A DNA stretch of 62,471 nucleotides, filler included, from 7 parts of 7 records of this genome joined end to end with filler, not necessarily neighbours in it, one strand, 5' to 3'; shown: positions 10,718-21,304, numbered from the whole stretch's first letter. Numbers and translations: made by a program. Notes: a model not told the origin generated them from the letters alone.

Positions 10718-11629
10718 ATGGCAGGCCATCACCATCATCACCAGCACATGGATCCCGGCGCCGGCGACACGCGCGTCGCCTGGGCGGTTGTCGTCAATCT
10801 GGCGCTGACGGTGGCGCAGGTCATCGGCGGCATCCTTTCCGGCAGCCTGGCGATGATCGCCGACGCCATCCACAATCTCTCCGACGCGTTCTCGCTGATC
10901 ATCGCCTTCTTCGCCCGCAAGATCGCCCGGCGTCCCGCCGACGGCCGAATGACCTTTGGCTATGGCCGCGCCGAGGTGGTGGCGGCGCTGATCAACTACA
11001 CCACGCTGGTGGTGATCGGGCTCTATCTCGTCTACGAGGCGGTTATGCGGTTCATCGAGCCGTCCGGCGTCGATGGCTGGCTGGTGGTGATCATCGCCGG
11101 CGTGGCGCTTGCCGTCGATGCGGTCACCGCGCTTCTCACCTACAGCCTGTCCAAGGAAAGCGTCAACATCCGCGCCGCCTTCCTGCACAATGTCGCCGAC
11201 GCGCTGGGCTCGATTGCGGTGATCTTCGCCGGCACGCTGATCATCCTTTACGACTGGCTGTGGATCGACCCGGCGGTGACGCTGATGATCGCCGGATACA
11301 TCCTGTGGATGTCGGTCTCGGAAATCGGCAATGTCATCCGCATCCTGATGCTCGGCGCCCCGCCGGAGCCGAGCGCGGCACAGGTGATAAAAACCATCGA
11401 AGCCATCGACGGCGTCCAGAGCGTGCACCACCTGCATCTGTGGCAGATGCAGGAACACGAAGCGGCGCTCGACGCGCATCTGGTCATCAATGCAGGCCGT
11501 TGGAGCGACGCCGACGCGATCAAGCTGGCGGTGAAGAACGCCCTCAAGCAGAAGTTCGACCTCGGCCACACGACGCTGGAACTGGAATGCGCCCGGCACG
11601 CCTGCGTCGGAGCCGGGGTCATCGGGTGA
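10718..11629 (+). CDS. Cation diffusion facilitator (CzcD/ZitB-like) metal exporter
   Basis: N-terminal His run; SLAMIADAIHNLSD, TFGYGRAE, FLHNVAD, VHHLHLW, HTTLELE. Confidence 0.92.
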   Translation: MAGHHHHHQHMDPGAGDTRVAWAVVVNLALTVAQVIGGILSGSLAMIADAIHNLSDAFSLIIAFFARKIARRPADGRMTFGYGRAEVVAALINYTTLVVIGLYLVYEAVMRFIEPSGVDGWLVVIIAGVALAVDAVTALLTYSLSKESVNIRAAFLHNVADALGSIAVIFAGTLIILYDWLWIDPAVTLMIAGYILWMSVSEIGNVIRILMLGAPPEPSAAQVIKTIEAIDGVQSVHHLHLWQMQEHEAALDAHLVINAGRWSDADAIKLAVKNALKQKFDLGHTTLELECARHACVGAGVIG

Positions 11630-11847
11630 GGGGAAAGCAGAACCGCCCGGCGCGACAGTGCTCCCGGGACCCCGCTGCCGTTTGCCGGCGGCATGCTTCA
11701 GGTTTTTCCAGATCCGGCAGCCCGAGTAACAGTTCGGCGACCAAGACGCGCCTGGGACTGCAAGGACAGGCCGCCGCTTCGGCTTTGGTCCGGTTCTGGG
11801 CCTGGCCCCGTCAGATTGCCGGATTATGGGGACGGCAAACCCGTTAA

Positions 11848-11861
11848 TTGAGGCAAATCAA
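11848..11861. promoter_or_regulatory. FNR/FixK-like box upstream of usp
   Basis: TTGAG-GCAA-ATCAA, one mismatch to TTGAT-N4-ATCAA, 50 bp before the usp ATG. Confidence 0.55.
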
Positions 11862-11911
11862 TATATGTGGTTCGGATCTGTGCGACAAATTCCTCAAAGG
11901 AGGAACCTGAC

Positions 11912-12319
11912 ATGTACAAAAATATCCTTGTGGCGGTGGCCCTTGATCACACACATGATGTTGCCGGCGCCTTTGCCGCAGCCCGATCGCTTGCCGATGA
12001 AGGCGCATCCGTAACCGCTTTGAATGTGCTGGAGGAGATGCCCTCTTACGTGGTGCCATATCTTCCTCCGGAGCACTTCAGGAGCCGGCATGAGGACGCC
12101 GAAGCGATGCTGAAAGCCCAGCTTGGGGGCGTTGCCGATGTCAAGCCCGTCGTGGTCAGCGGACATCCCGGCACAACGATTGTCGAATATGCCACCGAGC
12201 ACGACGTCGATTGCATCGTGATCGCGTCTCACCGTCCCGGCCTGCAGGACTATTTTCTCGGTTCGACAGCGGGCAGGGTGGTTCGGCACGCGCCCTGTGC
12301 GGTGCACGTGGTCCGATAG
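11912..12319 (+). CDS. Universal stress protein (UspA/UspF family)
   Basis: MYKNILVAV start; IVIASHRPG...FLGSTAGRVVRHAPCAVHVVR; AGGAGG RBS. Confidence 0.93.
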   Translation: MYKNILVAVALDHTHDVAGAFAAARSLADEGASVTALNVLEEMPSYVVPYLPPEHFRSRHEDAEAMLKAQLGGVADVKPVVVSGHPGTTIVEYATEHDVDCIVIASHRPGLQDYFLGSTAGRVVRHAPCAVHVVR

Positions 12320-12489
12320 GGCTTCCGGCCCAATAGGATGAGCCCGTTGCGCATCTGGACATGCGGAACGTGGCTGCTTGCCTCGCGGTCAGGCACGGAT
12401 TTCGGTGCCGAGGGATAGGCAGCCATTGCAGGGAGAGCGTCTGTGATGGTTGCGCCCGATTTCCGCAACCGGCTGTGCCGCGCCGGCCT

Positions 12490-13398
12490 TCACCCCGCCG
12501 CATCCCGCCACAGCGCCGCGATCCTGCTCTGCACCAGTTTCCGGTCGTCCCTGAGCAGGTTCCTGACGATGTTGCGGACCTGTTCATGCAGTTCCACCGA
12601 GCGGGCCGCCATCACGGTGCGCAGGATGGCGATTTCGGCCGTGTCGCCGATCGCGTCCGGGTCCGCGGCGATCAGGGCCTCGAGCTTGTCGAGATCGTGG
12701 TCGTCGCCGAGCGCCTCACCGGCAAGATCGGCGATTTCAGCGCGCATTGCCATGTCGCCGGGCCAGGCGGAGCTCAACAATTGAACATGCATGCGGTGAT
12801 ACTTGATGCGCTTGCGCAAGTCGTGCCAGTCCTCGGTGTGGCCGCTGGCCGTCGCCGCTTCGAGCGCCCGAACCGCGCGGCCGTAGGTCCTGGCAACGCC
12901 GCTCGCCAGCACTTCGACGGCCTTGGCCTTGCCCTTCGGCAGCCTGAGCCCCGAAAGCGCGGCGATGCCGTCCTCGCAGCCGGCAATTGCCGCCGTGATC
13001 CGGGCGTCGAGATCGGTTTCCGCGGTGGCGATGCGGTCGCGGCGGGCGGCCAGCCGGTCGCGGATGGCGAACAATGCGTCGTGGTTCTCGGCCGTCGCCT
13101 TGCTGGCCAGCAAATGATCCATCGCCTCGACCAGCGCGGTGGCGTCGCGGACGGTCGAGAGCGTCGACGCAATGTCGCGCACCCGGGCGTTTTCGCGCGC
13201 GCAGAATTCGGGGGCGGCGTCGCGGACCAGCCGGAACAGGCCGCGAAGCCGCTTGAAGCGCTTGCGGGCGTCGTGGATGGCTTCATGCGGGCCGCGCGGC
13301 TGATCGCGCAGCATGCCGATGGCGCCGGCGTACTGGATCCTGGCGACGCGGACGACTTCGCCGGTCAGCGGCTTGCCGGGGCGGAGCTGGTAGCTCAT
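12490..13398 (-). CDS. CHAD domain polyphosphate-binding protein
   Basis: IHDARKRFKRLR, WHDLRKRIK, LGDDHDL; coupled to CYTH gene. Confidence 0.88.
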   Translation of the reverse strand: MSYQLRPGKPLTGEVVRVARIQYAGAIGMLRDQPRGPHEAIHDARKRFKRLRGLFRLVRDAAPEFCARENARVRDIASTLSTVRDATALVEAMDHLLASKATAENHDALFAIRDRLAARRDRIATAETDLDARITAAIAGCEDGIAALSGLRLPKGKAKAVEVLASGVARTYGRAVRALEAATASGHTEDWHDLRKRIKYHRMHVQLLSSAWPGDMAMRAEIADLAGEALGDDHDLDKLEALIAADPDAIGDTAEIAILRTVMAARSVELHEQVRNIVRNLLRDDRKLVQSRIAALWRDAAG

Positions 13399-13871
13399 CG
13401 GCGCTGAGCCTCGGGCCAGCCGTTGATCGCCAGCATGGCGTTGGACCAGGCCGCTTCACCGGTGACCTCGCGTCCGAGCCAGGCGGGCAGTGCCGGATCA
13501 TCGCTCTCCGAGCCCATCTCGACCTCAGCGGTGACGAGGCCCGCGAGTTTGCCTTCATAGGCATCGATTTCCCAGACGAAGCCACCGATGGTGAGGATAT
13601 GGCGGGTCTTCTCGATCAGCCGCCCGCGACTGGCTTCGCTCATGGCGCGGGCATCGGCAACGGGGATGGCATACTCGAATTCGTGCCGGGTCATCGCCGT
13701 CACACCGACCTTCACCGTCAGCTCGGCCCTTGTCTCGTCATAGATGCGCACCCGCATCGAGGTGTCGCCATCGACGGCGACATAGGCCTGGGCGATGGCT
13801 TGCGAGCTCTCGACCGCATCGCGCCAGGCGTCGGTCTCGACGAGGAATTTGCGTTCGATCTCAAGGGTCAT
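13395..13871 (-). CDS. CYTH domain (triphosphate tunnel metalloenzyme) protein
   Basis: EIERKFLV (ExExK), RHEFEY, IEKTRH, WEIDAY, AEVE. Confidence 0.9.
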   Translation of the reverse strand: MTLEIERKFLVETDAWRDAVESSQAIAQAYVAVDGDTSMRVRIYDETRAELTVKVGVTAMTRHEFEYAIPVADARAMSEASRGRLIEKTRHILTIGGFVWEIDAYEGKLAGLVTAEVEMGSESDDPALPAWLGREVTGEAAWSNAMLAINGWPEAQRR

Positions 13872-13942
13872 GCCCCATCTTCGACCGGATGGGCCGGATT
13901 TGCAATCGAAGTTGCAGCGCCGGTTGCCCCGACCGACAGAAG

Positions 13943-14245
13943 TTACGCGCAGCGATATAGCCGCACCGGCTTGGCGGTGCCGCGGGCGATCACGCCCTTT
14001 GCCTCGAGATCGAGCTGGACGGCCTTGAGCCACCAGCCGGCCTTCTCGCCGCCGGGGAACAGGTCGGGCGAGAGATGTTCCAGCAGCGCGGCTTTCGCTT
14101 CCGCCACCGTGATCCCGGGAGGTGCGTCGGGCAGCACCGGGAGCAGCGCCTCGCGCATGGCCATGTACTTGGCGCGGTTCACCCGCTGGACGTGGTGCGG
14201 CGAGGTGATGCTTTCGATTTCAATCCTGTCATCGGCGTCAGACAT
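13943..14245 (-). CDS. Conserved small hypothetical protein (DUF6958-like)
   Basis: KAGWWLKAVQLDLEAKGVI-type conserved C-terminus; overlaps upstream gene stop. Confidence 0.7.
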   Translation of the reverse strand: MSDADDRIEIESITSPHHVQRVNRAKYMAMREALLPVLPDAPPGITVAEAKAALLEHLSPDLFPGGEKAGWWLKAVQLDLEAKGVIARGTAKPVRLYRCA

Positions 14246-14774
14246 TGAGTTCTCCCTTGATCTCGAATTTCGGGCTGCGGAACCGCATTTTGATCCAGGC
14301 GCCGAGCAGCAGGGCGTAAAACCGCAGGGAATGCTGCTTCAGGTTTGGCACATCATCGGGCAGGACGGACGGGTCCTCAAGATCGCCGGTCATGGTGCGC
14401 ATTTCAATGGGCGGCCGCGCGCCCTCCGGCCAGGGTGCGGTATAAAGGCTCAGCCAATGGCCTCCGGAGAACTCCAGGAACATGGGCGTGTTGCAGCAGC
14501 CGGCGACGACGCGCCGCGTTGCCGCTTCGGGCGACAGGCGGAACTCGCGCAAGTTTTGCGCACCGGAGACAATCTCGATGCGGTCCTTGCGCTGCATCAC
14601 GAATGCGGTCGCGCCCTTGTCGTCGACGATCTGCGGCGATCCCGGCAGGGTTTCGAGAACCTGCCCGGCCGTGCGGCAACTGGTGCACAGGCATTCAACG
14701 CTGGCGATCGGCGGGCCTTCAAGGCGCAGCTGCACCTGCCCGCAGGCGCAGGCCACTGTCCGGTGATGTGTCAT
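14238..14774 (-). CDS. GFA/Mss4-like Zn-binding protein
   Basis: CACG, CLCTSC and CCNTP Cys pattern. Confidence 0.75.
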   Translation of the reverse strand: MTHHRTVACACGQVQLRLEGPPIASVECLCTSCRTAGQVLETLPGSPQIVDDKGATAFVMQRKDRIEIVSGAQNLREFRLSPEAATRRVVAGCCNTPMFLEFSGGHWLSLYTAPWPEGARPPIEMRTMTGDLEDPSVLPDDVPNLKQHSLRFYALLLGAWIKMRFRSPKFEIKGELNV

Positions 14775-14803
14775 GAGGCTCTCCCTGTCTCGCTATTGAT
14801 TAG

Positions 14804-14818
14804 ACTGGACAGTCCAGT
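14804..14818. promoter_or_regulatory. Probable TetR operator
   Basis: Perfect palindrome ACTGGAC-A-GTCCAGT between divergent tetR and GFA-like genes. Confidence 0.7.
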
Positions 14819-14886
14819 TTGATTTGTCAACCGGAAGTGCTAGGTTCAGGTATCGAAACAGCAAGGGCAGGGAGCGGCGCAGGGAT

Positions 14887-15558
14887 ATGGCGAACGGTGC
14901 TGCGACACGGGTCCGGCGCAGCCGGGAGAAGATCCTCGCGGCTGCCGAACAGGTGTTTCTGCATGCCGGATTTCTCGGCGCGAACATGGATTCTATCGCG
15001 GAAAAGGCGGTTGTCTCCAAGCAGACGGTCTACGCGCATTTCCAGTCCAAGGAGGCGCTGTTCCTGGAAGTGATCGCGGCGATGACCGGCGGTGCTGCGC
15101 GGGCGATCGGCGAGGATGTCGAAGACCGGCTGGATGACAGCCCCGTGCGGGAATATCTCGCCATGGTGGCAATCGACCAATTGGGCATCGTCATGACGCC
15201 GCGGCTGATGCAGCTGCGCCGCATGGTCATAGGCGAGACCGAGCGGTTTCCCGACCTTGGCCGCTCGCTCTACGAGAACGGACCGCTGGTCTCGATCCGG
15301 CGGATCGCCCGGGCGCTCGCCCATTACATCGCGCTCGGCCAGATCCGCGACTGCGATCCGATCCAGGCTGCCACCCAGTTCAACTGGATGGTGATGGGCT
15401 GGCCGACCAATGCCGCCATGCTGCTGGGCGACGCAGGCATCCCCTCCCGGTCAGAATTGCACGCCCACGCGCATGAGGCGGTGCGGATCTTCCTGTCCGC
15501 CTACGCCATGCCGGCTGCCGCCGATACAGGTGCTGGTGACCCGCCACGGGCTACCTGA
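14887..15558 (+). CDS. TetR/AcrR family regulator
   Basis: ILAAAEQVFL...IAEKAVVSKQTVYAHFQSKEALF HTH; ERFPDLG C-terminal motif. Confidence 0.92.
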   Translation: MANGAATRVRRSREKILAAAEQVFLHAGFLGANMDSIAEKAVVSKQTVYAHFQSKEALFLEVIAAMTGGAARAIGEDVEDRLDDSPVREYLAMVAIDQLGIVMTPRLMQLRRMVIGETERFPDLGRSLYENGPLVSIRRIARALAHYIALGQIRDCDPIQAATQFNWMVMGWPTNAAMLLGDAGIPSRSELHAHAHEAVRIFLSAYAMPAAADTGAGDPPRAT

Positions 15559-15896
15559 ACATGGGCGGCCGTGCGTCGACCCAGATCCCGTCCGCCTTGC
15601 CCGACCCCGCCACCGCGAAGACGGCGGCCATCGAGCGCAAGCCGTCCTCGGCGCGGGGGTAGAGATTGGCGGCGGGGTCCATGCTCCGGCCTTCTTTCTC
15701 GGCGCGGATGGCTTCGGCCAGATCCTTGTAGATGTTGGCGAACGCCAGCGGCATGCCCTCGGCGTGGCCGATGGTGACGCGGGTGGTGCGGTCGGCTTCG
15801 GGCGAGAGGTTGGCCTCGCCGCGCTCGATCACCTGCAACCGCCCGCCGAGCGGCATGAAGTAGAGCTGGTTGGGCTGTTCCTGCGCCCATCTGAGC
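15551..15896 (-). CDS. Gfo/Idh/MocA oxidoreductase, 3' fragment
   Basis: GHAEG...AFANIY...EDGLRSMA C-terminal pattern; cut by linker. Confidence 0.7.
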
Positions 15897-15996
15897 NNNN
15901 NNNNNNNNNNNNNNNNNNNNNNNNNNNNNNNNNNNNNNNNTTAATTAATTAANNNNNNNNNNNNNNNNNNNNNNNNNNNNNNNNNNNNNNNNNNNN
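15897..15996. other. Artificial contig linker
   Basis: N-run/TTAATTAATTAA/N-run. Confidence 0.98.
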
Positions 15997-16665
15997 CGCT
16001 TCGAGGTTCTGCGGGCTGTCGAGCACGATATTGCCGTCGGCATCGACCACCTGGCCGTTATTGGTATAAACCCAGTGCAGATACTGGTGCAGGGTGTTGT
16101 CGAAGCTCTTGGCGGTCAGGCCGAAACCGGGCGTGCCGGTCTTTTCCTTGATGGTGGCGGCCATGTCGTAGAGTTCCTGCCAGGTTTTCGGCGGGGTTTC
16201 CGGGTCGAGGCCGGCCTGTTCGAACAGATCCTTGTTCCAGTAGAGCGCCTTGGTGGAGAACGCCACCGGCACGCCCCACTGCTCGCCGTCGAAGGTGACG
16301 GTGTCGACGATATGCGGATAATAGGAGGCTTTTTCCTCCTCGCTCATCGGCACCGGCACGATCAGGCCGTTTTCGGAAAGCTGCTTGAGGGTGCGCGAGC
16401 CCATATAGGCAAGCGCGATCGGCGTGCCGGCGACGGCGAGGTTGGTGGCCTTGTCCTGGCACTGGCCCCAGCCGACGACCTCGGTCTCGACCTTGTAGCC
16501 GGGATTGTTCGTTTCCCATTCGGCGATGAAGCCGTCATAGCCTTCGGCAAGCTCATCGCCGCACTGGATCATCGAGACGACCTTGTCGTCGGCGGAAGCG
16601 ACGGACGCCGAGGCGACGAGCGCGAGCGTGGCGACGCCGAGGCCGAGTTTTTTCAGATCAGGCAT
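15997..16665 (-). CDS. Carbohydrate ABC substrate-binding protein, 5' part
   Basis: Signal peptide; GVPVAFSTKALYWNKDLFEQAGL...PPKTWQEL. Confidence 0.88.
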
Positions 16666-16815
16666 ATCAGTATTCCCCTATCTCTCGTCCAATCCATGAT
16701 CGCCCGTGGACGGTGCGGGCCTTCTTGGTCCGGCAATATGCCGCTTTGACTGGCGCTCGCATGCTCTCGCATGTTCTCCCGATCGCCAGGGATGAGGACG
16801 GCATGCGCCGCCGGT

Positions 16816-17673
16816 TCAGGTCTTCACCGCCCCTGCCGTCATGCCGGCGACGAGATAACGCTGAAGGAAGATGAACACGACGAAGACCGGTAGGATGCCG
16901 ACGAAGCTCGCCGCCATCAATTCGTTCCAGATCACGTCCTGACGTCCGAAAAAGGCGTAGAGGCCCACCGGGAGCGGCATATATTCGGTCTTCGAATTGA
17001 AGGTCAGCGCATAGATGAACTGCTGCGCGTAAATCGTCAGGAACGCGGCGATCGCGATCACGGAGATGCCCGGCATGGCCAGCGGCACGATCACCCGGCG
17101 AAACGTGTAGAACCGGCTCGCGCCATCGACGAGCGCTGCCTCTTCCAGTTCGCGCGGAATGCGCAGCATATAGGTGCGCAACAGCCAGATGCCGGTCGGG
17201 ATCGTGAAGGCGACGCCGGGAACGATCATCGCGAAATAGGTGTTGATCAGGCCGAAGGAGCGCATCAGCCGGAACAGCGGGATCAGCAGCACCGCGCCGG
17301 AAAACATGTTGACCGCCAGGAAAGCGCCGAGCAGCGGCCCCCGGCCCTTGAACTCGAACCGCGCGAAAGCGTAGGCGGCAGGCGTCACGAAGATCACCGA
17401 AAGCACCGTGCCGATGCCGGCGATCAGGATCGAGTTGAATATATAGCGCCCGAGCAGCGGCACCCGTTCCCACATGTCGAAATAGGCCGCAAGCGACGGG
17501 TCCTCCGGCCAGAACCTGTAGGGCGCGGAAAACAGGTGGTTGAGCGGCTTCAGCGACACCATGAAGCCTTCGAAGAACGGCGCCAGCACGAAGCCGAGAA
17601 ACACCAGGAGCCCGGCATAGACGCCGATCAGCTCGTACCATTTATAGTGATGGATGCGGGCGGTGGGCTTCAT
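16816..17673 (-). CDS. Carbohydrate ABC permease (MalG-like)
   Basis: IPRELEEAALVDGA EAA loop; ends LQRYLVAGMTAGAVK. Confidence 0.92.
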   Translation of the reverse strand: MKPTARIHHYKWYELIGVYAGLLVFLGFVLAPFFEGFMVSLKPLNHLFSAPYRFWPEDPSLAAYFDMWERVPLLGRYIFNSILIAGIGTVLSVIFVTPAAYAFARFEFKGRGPLLGAFLAVNMFSGAVLLIPLFRLMRSFGLINTYFAMIVPGVAFTIPTGIWLLRTYMLRIPRELEEAALVDGASRFYTFRRVIVPLAMPGISVIAIAAFLTIYAQQFIYALTFNSKTEYMPLPVGLYAFFGRQDVIWNELMAASFVGILPVFVVFIFLQRYLVAGMTAGAVKT

Positions 17674-18554
17674 CGTGCGTCCTCCCCGGAAAAACGGCTA
17701 ACGGCGCGGAAATAGACGTAGCAGAAGATCGACAGGAAGATGCAGATCAGCACCGCGCGCGCTGCACCGGCGCCAAACTTGTAGGAGCCGATCGCGACCT
17801 TGTAGGTATCGATGATCATGGTGGTGGTGGCGCTCGACGGGCCGCCCTTGGTCAGGATCCAGATGATATCGAAGGAATTGAAGGTCGAGATCAGCGAGAT
17901 CATCGACATCGTCACCAGCGCCGGCACGATCAGCGGCAGCGTGATCCGGCGAAAGCGGTAGAACCGGCCGGCGCCATCGGTCCAGGCGGCTTCATAGAGA
18001 TCGGCGGGGATCGATTGCACCGCCGCCAGCATGTAGATCGTCACCATCGGCACGCCGATCCAGACATCGGTAACGATGGTGGCGATGAAGGCCGAGGTGC
18101 CGGTGGCAAGGATCGGAAACGGGCCATCAAGCAGGCCGAAGCGCTGCAACAGGCCGGAAATCATGCCGAACTGGCCGTTATACATCCAGCCCCACATGAA
18201 GATGCCGATCGCCATCGGCACGATCCATGGCGGCATTGTCAGCACGCGAAACAGCGTGCGACCGGGCACGGCGGCGCTCAGCAGCACCGCGCCGAACACG
18301 CCGATCACCATTTTCGCGGCGACCGAGAAGAAGGTCCAGACGAAGGTGCGCAGGATGACCTCGCCGAAACCGCGCTCGAAGATCTTGAAGTAGTTCTCGA
18401 GCCCGACCCAGTCATAGGTGCGCTTCAGCGAGGCGTCGGTGAAGGACAGGTTGATGGTATCGAGCAGCGGGTAGGCCACGATCAGCAGAATGTAGATCAG
18501 GGCGGGGGCCAGAAGGAGCCAGGCGAAGATGACGGCGCCGCGTCTGGTGTCCAT
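17670..18554 (-). CDS. Carbohydrate ABC permease (MalF-like)
   Basis: WVGLENY, IPADLYEAAWTDGA, LTKGGP. Confidence 0.92.
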   Translation of the reverse strand: MDTRRGAVIFAWLLLAPALIYILLIVAYPLLDTINLSFTDASLKRTYDWVGLENYFKIFERGFGEVILRTFVWTFFSVAAKMVIGVFGAVLLSAAVPGRTLFRVLTMPPWIVPMAIGIFMWGWMYNGQFGMISGLLQRFGLLDGPFPILATGTSAFIATIVTDVWIGVPMVTIYMLAAVQSIPADLYEAAWTDGAGRFYRFRRITLPLIVPALVTMSMISLISTFNSFDIIWILTKGGPSSATTTMIIDTYKVAIGSYKFGAGAARAVLICIFLSIFCYVYFRAVSRFSGEDAR

Positions 18555-18565
18555 CCTCGCCTCCC

Positions 18566-19277
18566 TCAGCCTGCCGCTTGCGCCGCGAGGGCGTCACCGT
18601 GAAGAAGCGCGTCGTAGCGCGCCCACACAGGGGCAAGATCGATGACCTTGCGTTCGCGGCGGGCCTCGTCCATGGCGAGCGCCAGAATGCCGGCCTCGAT
18701 CGCGTCCAGCGCGGAGACCGGCAGCGCCACGCCGCGGGTGATATGGGCGATGATATCCTCGGCCATCTGCTCGTCGGCGCCGTAATGCTGGGAGCGTTCT
18801 GAAGGGGCGGAATAGGTGCGCGACACGGTCTTCTCGCCGGTACGGGCGTCATGGACATCAAGGAAGCCGCGCACGAAATCGCCCTCTGCCATGCCTTTTG
18901 CGCCGATCACGCAGAACCGGCGGAATTCGTCGGGTACATTGAGATTGGTGTGGAAGGTCATGGCGACGCCGTTTTCATATTCGACCGTCGCGGTCTGGTA
19001 ATCGATGATGTCGCCGTCGCTGTCGAAGACCTTGTCCGAACCCATCCAGCCGCTCGGCTTGCGGTGATAGACCTCGATATCATTGGCGCCCGCGCCCTGG
19101 GGCGCATTGGCGGGCGTGAAGCTCTTGCGGCCGCCGAAACTCGCGACATAACGCGGCCGCGCGCCGACGACGCCATTGTAAAGGTCGAGATCGTGGCAGC
19201 ATTTTTCCAGCATGAATGGCCCGGAATAGCGCGTGTGCCGCCGCCAGTCGCGCATGAAGAAGGCGCCATGATAGGGC
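18566..19277 (-). CDS. Gfo/Idh/MocA oxidoreductase, 3' part
   Basis: WRR...SGPFMLEKCCHDLDL and HYGAD motifs. Confidence 0.85.
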
Positions 19278-19377
19278 NNNNNNNNNNNNNNNNNNNNNNN
19301 NNNNNNNNNNNNNNNNNNNNNTTAATTAATTAANNNNNNNNNNNNNNNNNNNNNNNNNNNNNNNNNNNNNNNNNNNN
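19278..19377. other. Artificial contig linker
   Basis: N-run/TTAATTAATTAA/N-run. Confidence 0.98.
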
Positions 19378-19821
19378 GACCAGTATCTCGAGAGGCCGCG
19401 CGATTTCATCAAGGGCAACCGGATGTCGTTTCGCGGCATGCCGGACGCTGCGGAGCGCGCGGCGCTTGTCTCATGGCTTGAGACCGCCACCCAACAAACC
19501 CCGGCTGCAGACCCGGTGTCGGGCGAGGCATCGACCGACGGGCTGGTGCGCGGCTTTGCCGACATCGTGCTGCAGATGGAGGGCGATCCGGAATATGGCG
19601 AGTATCTTGCCGGCGAATGTGTGACCTGCCATCAGGCCACCGGTCACGCCGACGGCATTCCGTCCATCGTCGGATTGCCAAAGGACTACTTCGTCAAGTC
19701 GATGTTTGAATATCGAACCAATGTACGCTCCAATGAAGTCATGAAGCTGCGCGTCGCCAATCTCTCCAACGACGAGATTGCGGCGCTGGCTGCTTATTTC
19801 AGTTCACTTGATCCGCAATAG
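19378..19821 (+). CDS. soxE: c-type cytochrome SoxE-like, 3' part
   Basis: End of a first cytochrome c domain (GNRMSFRG), then GDPEYGEYLAGECVTCH; immediately upstream of soxF-like gene. Confidence 0.75.
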   Translation, partial: DQYLERPRDFIKGNRMSFRGMPDAAERAALVSWLETATQQTPAADPVSGEASTDGLVRGFADIVLQMEGDPEYGEYLAGECVTCHQATGHADGIPSIVGLPKDYFVKSMFEYRTNVRSNEVMKLRVANLSNDEIAALAAYFSSLDPQ

Positions 19822-19862
19822 ACTGCAAACTGCAATCTGCAAACTGCAACCGGGAGGAAACA

Positions 19863-21137
19863 ATGACACGCCTGACCAGACGCCAATTCGGACTATACGC
19901 CGGTGCGAGTGCGGCCGCACTCACGTTGCCCACCTATTTGCGCGCGCAGGGCAAACCCCGCGTGGTCGTCATCGGCGGCGGCGCTGGCGGCGCGACTGCC
20001 GCGCGCTACATCGCCAAGGATTCCGACGGCGCCATCGATGTTACGCTGATCGACGATTCTGAGATGTTCACCACCTGCTTCTTCTCAAATCTCTATGTTG
20101 GCGGCTATCGGAGCTTTGAATCGATCACCCATAGTTACGACACGCTGCAATCGAGCTACGGCATCACCAAGGTAACGGGACGCGCCAGCAGTGTCGACCG
20201 TGCCGCCAAGACGGTGACAATGGCGGACGGGTCAACCATCCCCTATGACCGTCTGGTGGTTTCTCCGGGCATCGATCTGATCTGGGATTCGGTTGAGGGA
20301 TACTCGGAGGAATTGTCGGAGATCGCACCGCATGCCTGGAAGGCGGGAGAGCAGACCAAAATCCTCAAGGCCAAGCTCGACGCCATCGAAAATGGTCAGC
20401 AGATCGTGATGGTGGCGCCGCCCAATCCCTATCGCTGCCCGCCCGGGCCCTATGAGCGTGCGTCGATGATGGCCCATGTGCTCAAGTCCAAGGGGCTGAC
20501 CGATTCCAAGGTCATCATCCTCGACCCCAAGGACAAGTTCTCCAAGCAGGGCGTCTTCCAGGAAGGCTGGGAAAAGCACTATCCGGGCATGATCGAATGG
20601 TATGGTCCCGACGTGCATGGCGGCATTTCCAACGTTGATGTCAATGCCGGGACCGTTGAAACCGATCTCGATACGTTCAAGGGCGCGCTGCTCAATATCA
20701 TTCCGGCGCAAAAGGCCGGCGCCATCGCTGCCGCTGCCGGTCTGACCAATGATAGCGGCTTCTGCCCGATCGATGCTGAAAGCATGCGTTCGACCATGGA
20801 TGAATCGGTTTTTGTCATCGGCGACGCCTGCATCGCCGGCGACATGCCGAAGTCCGGGTTCTCCGCCAACAGCCAGGCCAAGGTCGCAGCGATGAATGTG
20901 CGTGGCGATCTGGTCGGGTCGAAGGTGTTCCCGGCCAAATACGCCAACACCTGCTGGAGCCTGATCGAGACGGACGACAACATCAAGGTCGGCGCGCAGT
21001 ATGCTCCCGGTGACGGCAAGATCGCTTCGGTTCAGGGCTTTGTCAGCCAGACCGGCGAGGATGCCGCGCTGCGCAAGGCCAATTACGAGGAATCGGTCGG
21101 CTGGTATGCGGGGATTACCGCCGACATGTTCGGTTAG
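19863..21137 (+). CDS. soxF: Flavocytochrome c sulfide dehydrogenase flavoprotein (SoxF/FccB)
   Basis: Tat signal LTRRQF; GGGAGG, TCFFSN, RCPPGPYERAS, MPKSG, NTCWS. Confidence 0.9.
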   Translation: MTRLTRRQFGLYAGASAAALTLPTYLRAQGKPRVVVIGGGAGGATAARYIAKDSDGAIDVTLIDDSEMFTTCFFSNLYVGGYRSFESITHSYDTLQSSYGITKVTGRASSVDRAAKTVTMADGSTIPYDRLVVSPGIDLIWDSVEGYSEELSEIAPHAWKAGEQTKILKAKLDAIENGQQIVMVAPPNPYRCPPGPYERASMMAHVLKSKGLTDSKVIILDPKDKFSKQGVFQEGWEKHYPGMIEWYGPDVHGGISNVDVNAGTVETDLDTFKGALLNIIPAQKAGAIAAAAGLTNDSGFCPIDAESMRSTMDESVFVIGDACIAGDMPKSGFSANSQAKVAAMNVRGDLVGSKVFPAKYANTCWSLIETDDNIKVGAQYAPGDGKIASVQGFVSQTGEDAALRKANYEESVGWYAGITADMFG

Positions 21138-21187
21138 GATCCTGATCACGCTACTTTCGCGATGAACACGACAATGCCGGAAACTGG

Positions 21188-21220
21188 GCCGGAAGCGGGG
21201 TAGCCTGCTTCCGGCATTTG
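21188..21220 (+). terminator. Hairpin after soxF, possible terminator
   Basis: GCCGGAAGCGGG/CCTGCTTCCGGC stem with a weak T tail. Confidence 0.45.
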
Positions 21221-21304
21221 CGTTCCGGCCCATGGCGGCGTTGGCGCCTTGTCTCGCCGGACGTTTGTGGTCATGTTCCGGGGCGAGCCAGGGAGGATGA
21301 TTTG

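Noticed and set aside
12320-12489. Hairpins between usp and the CHAD gene as an ncRNA
   Set aside because: Imperfect GC-rich stems between convergent genes with no recognisable family motif or promoter.
12490-13871. CYTH-CHAD pair as a novel signalling system
   Set aside because: Well-known polyphosphate-associated gene pair with nothing unusual here.
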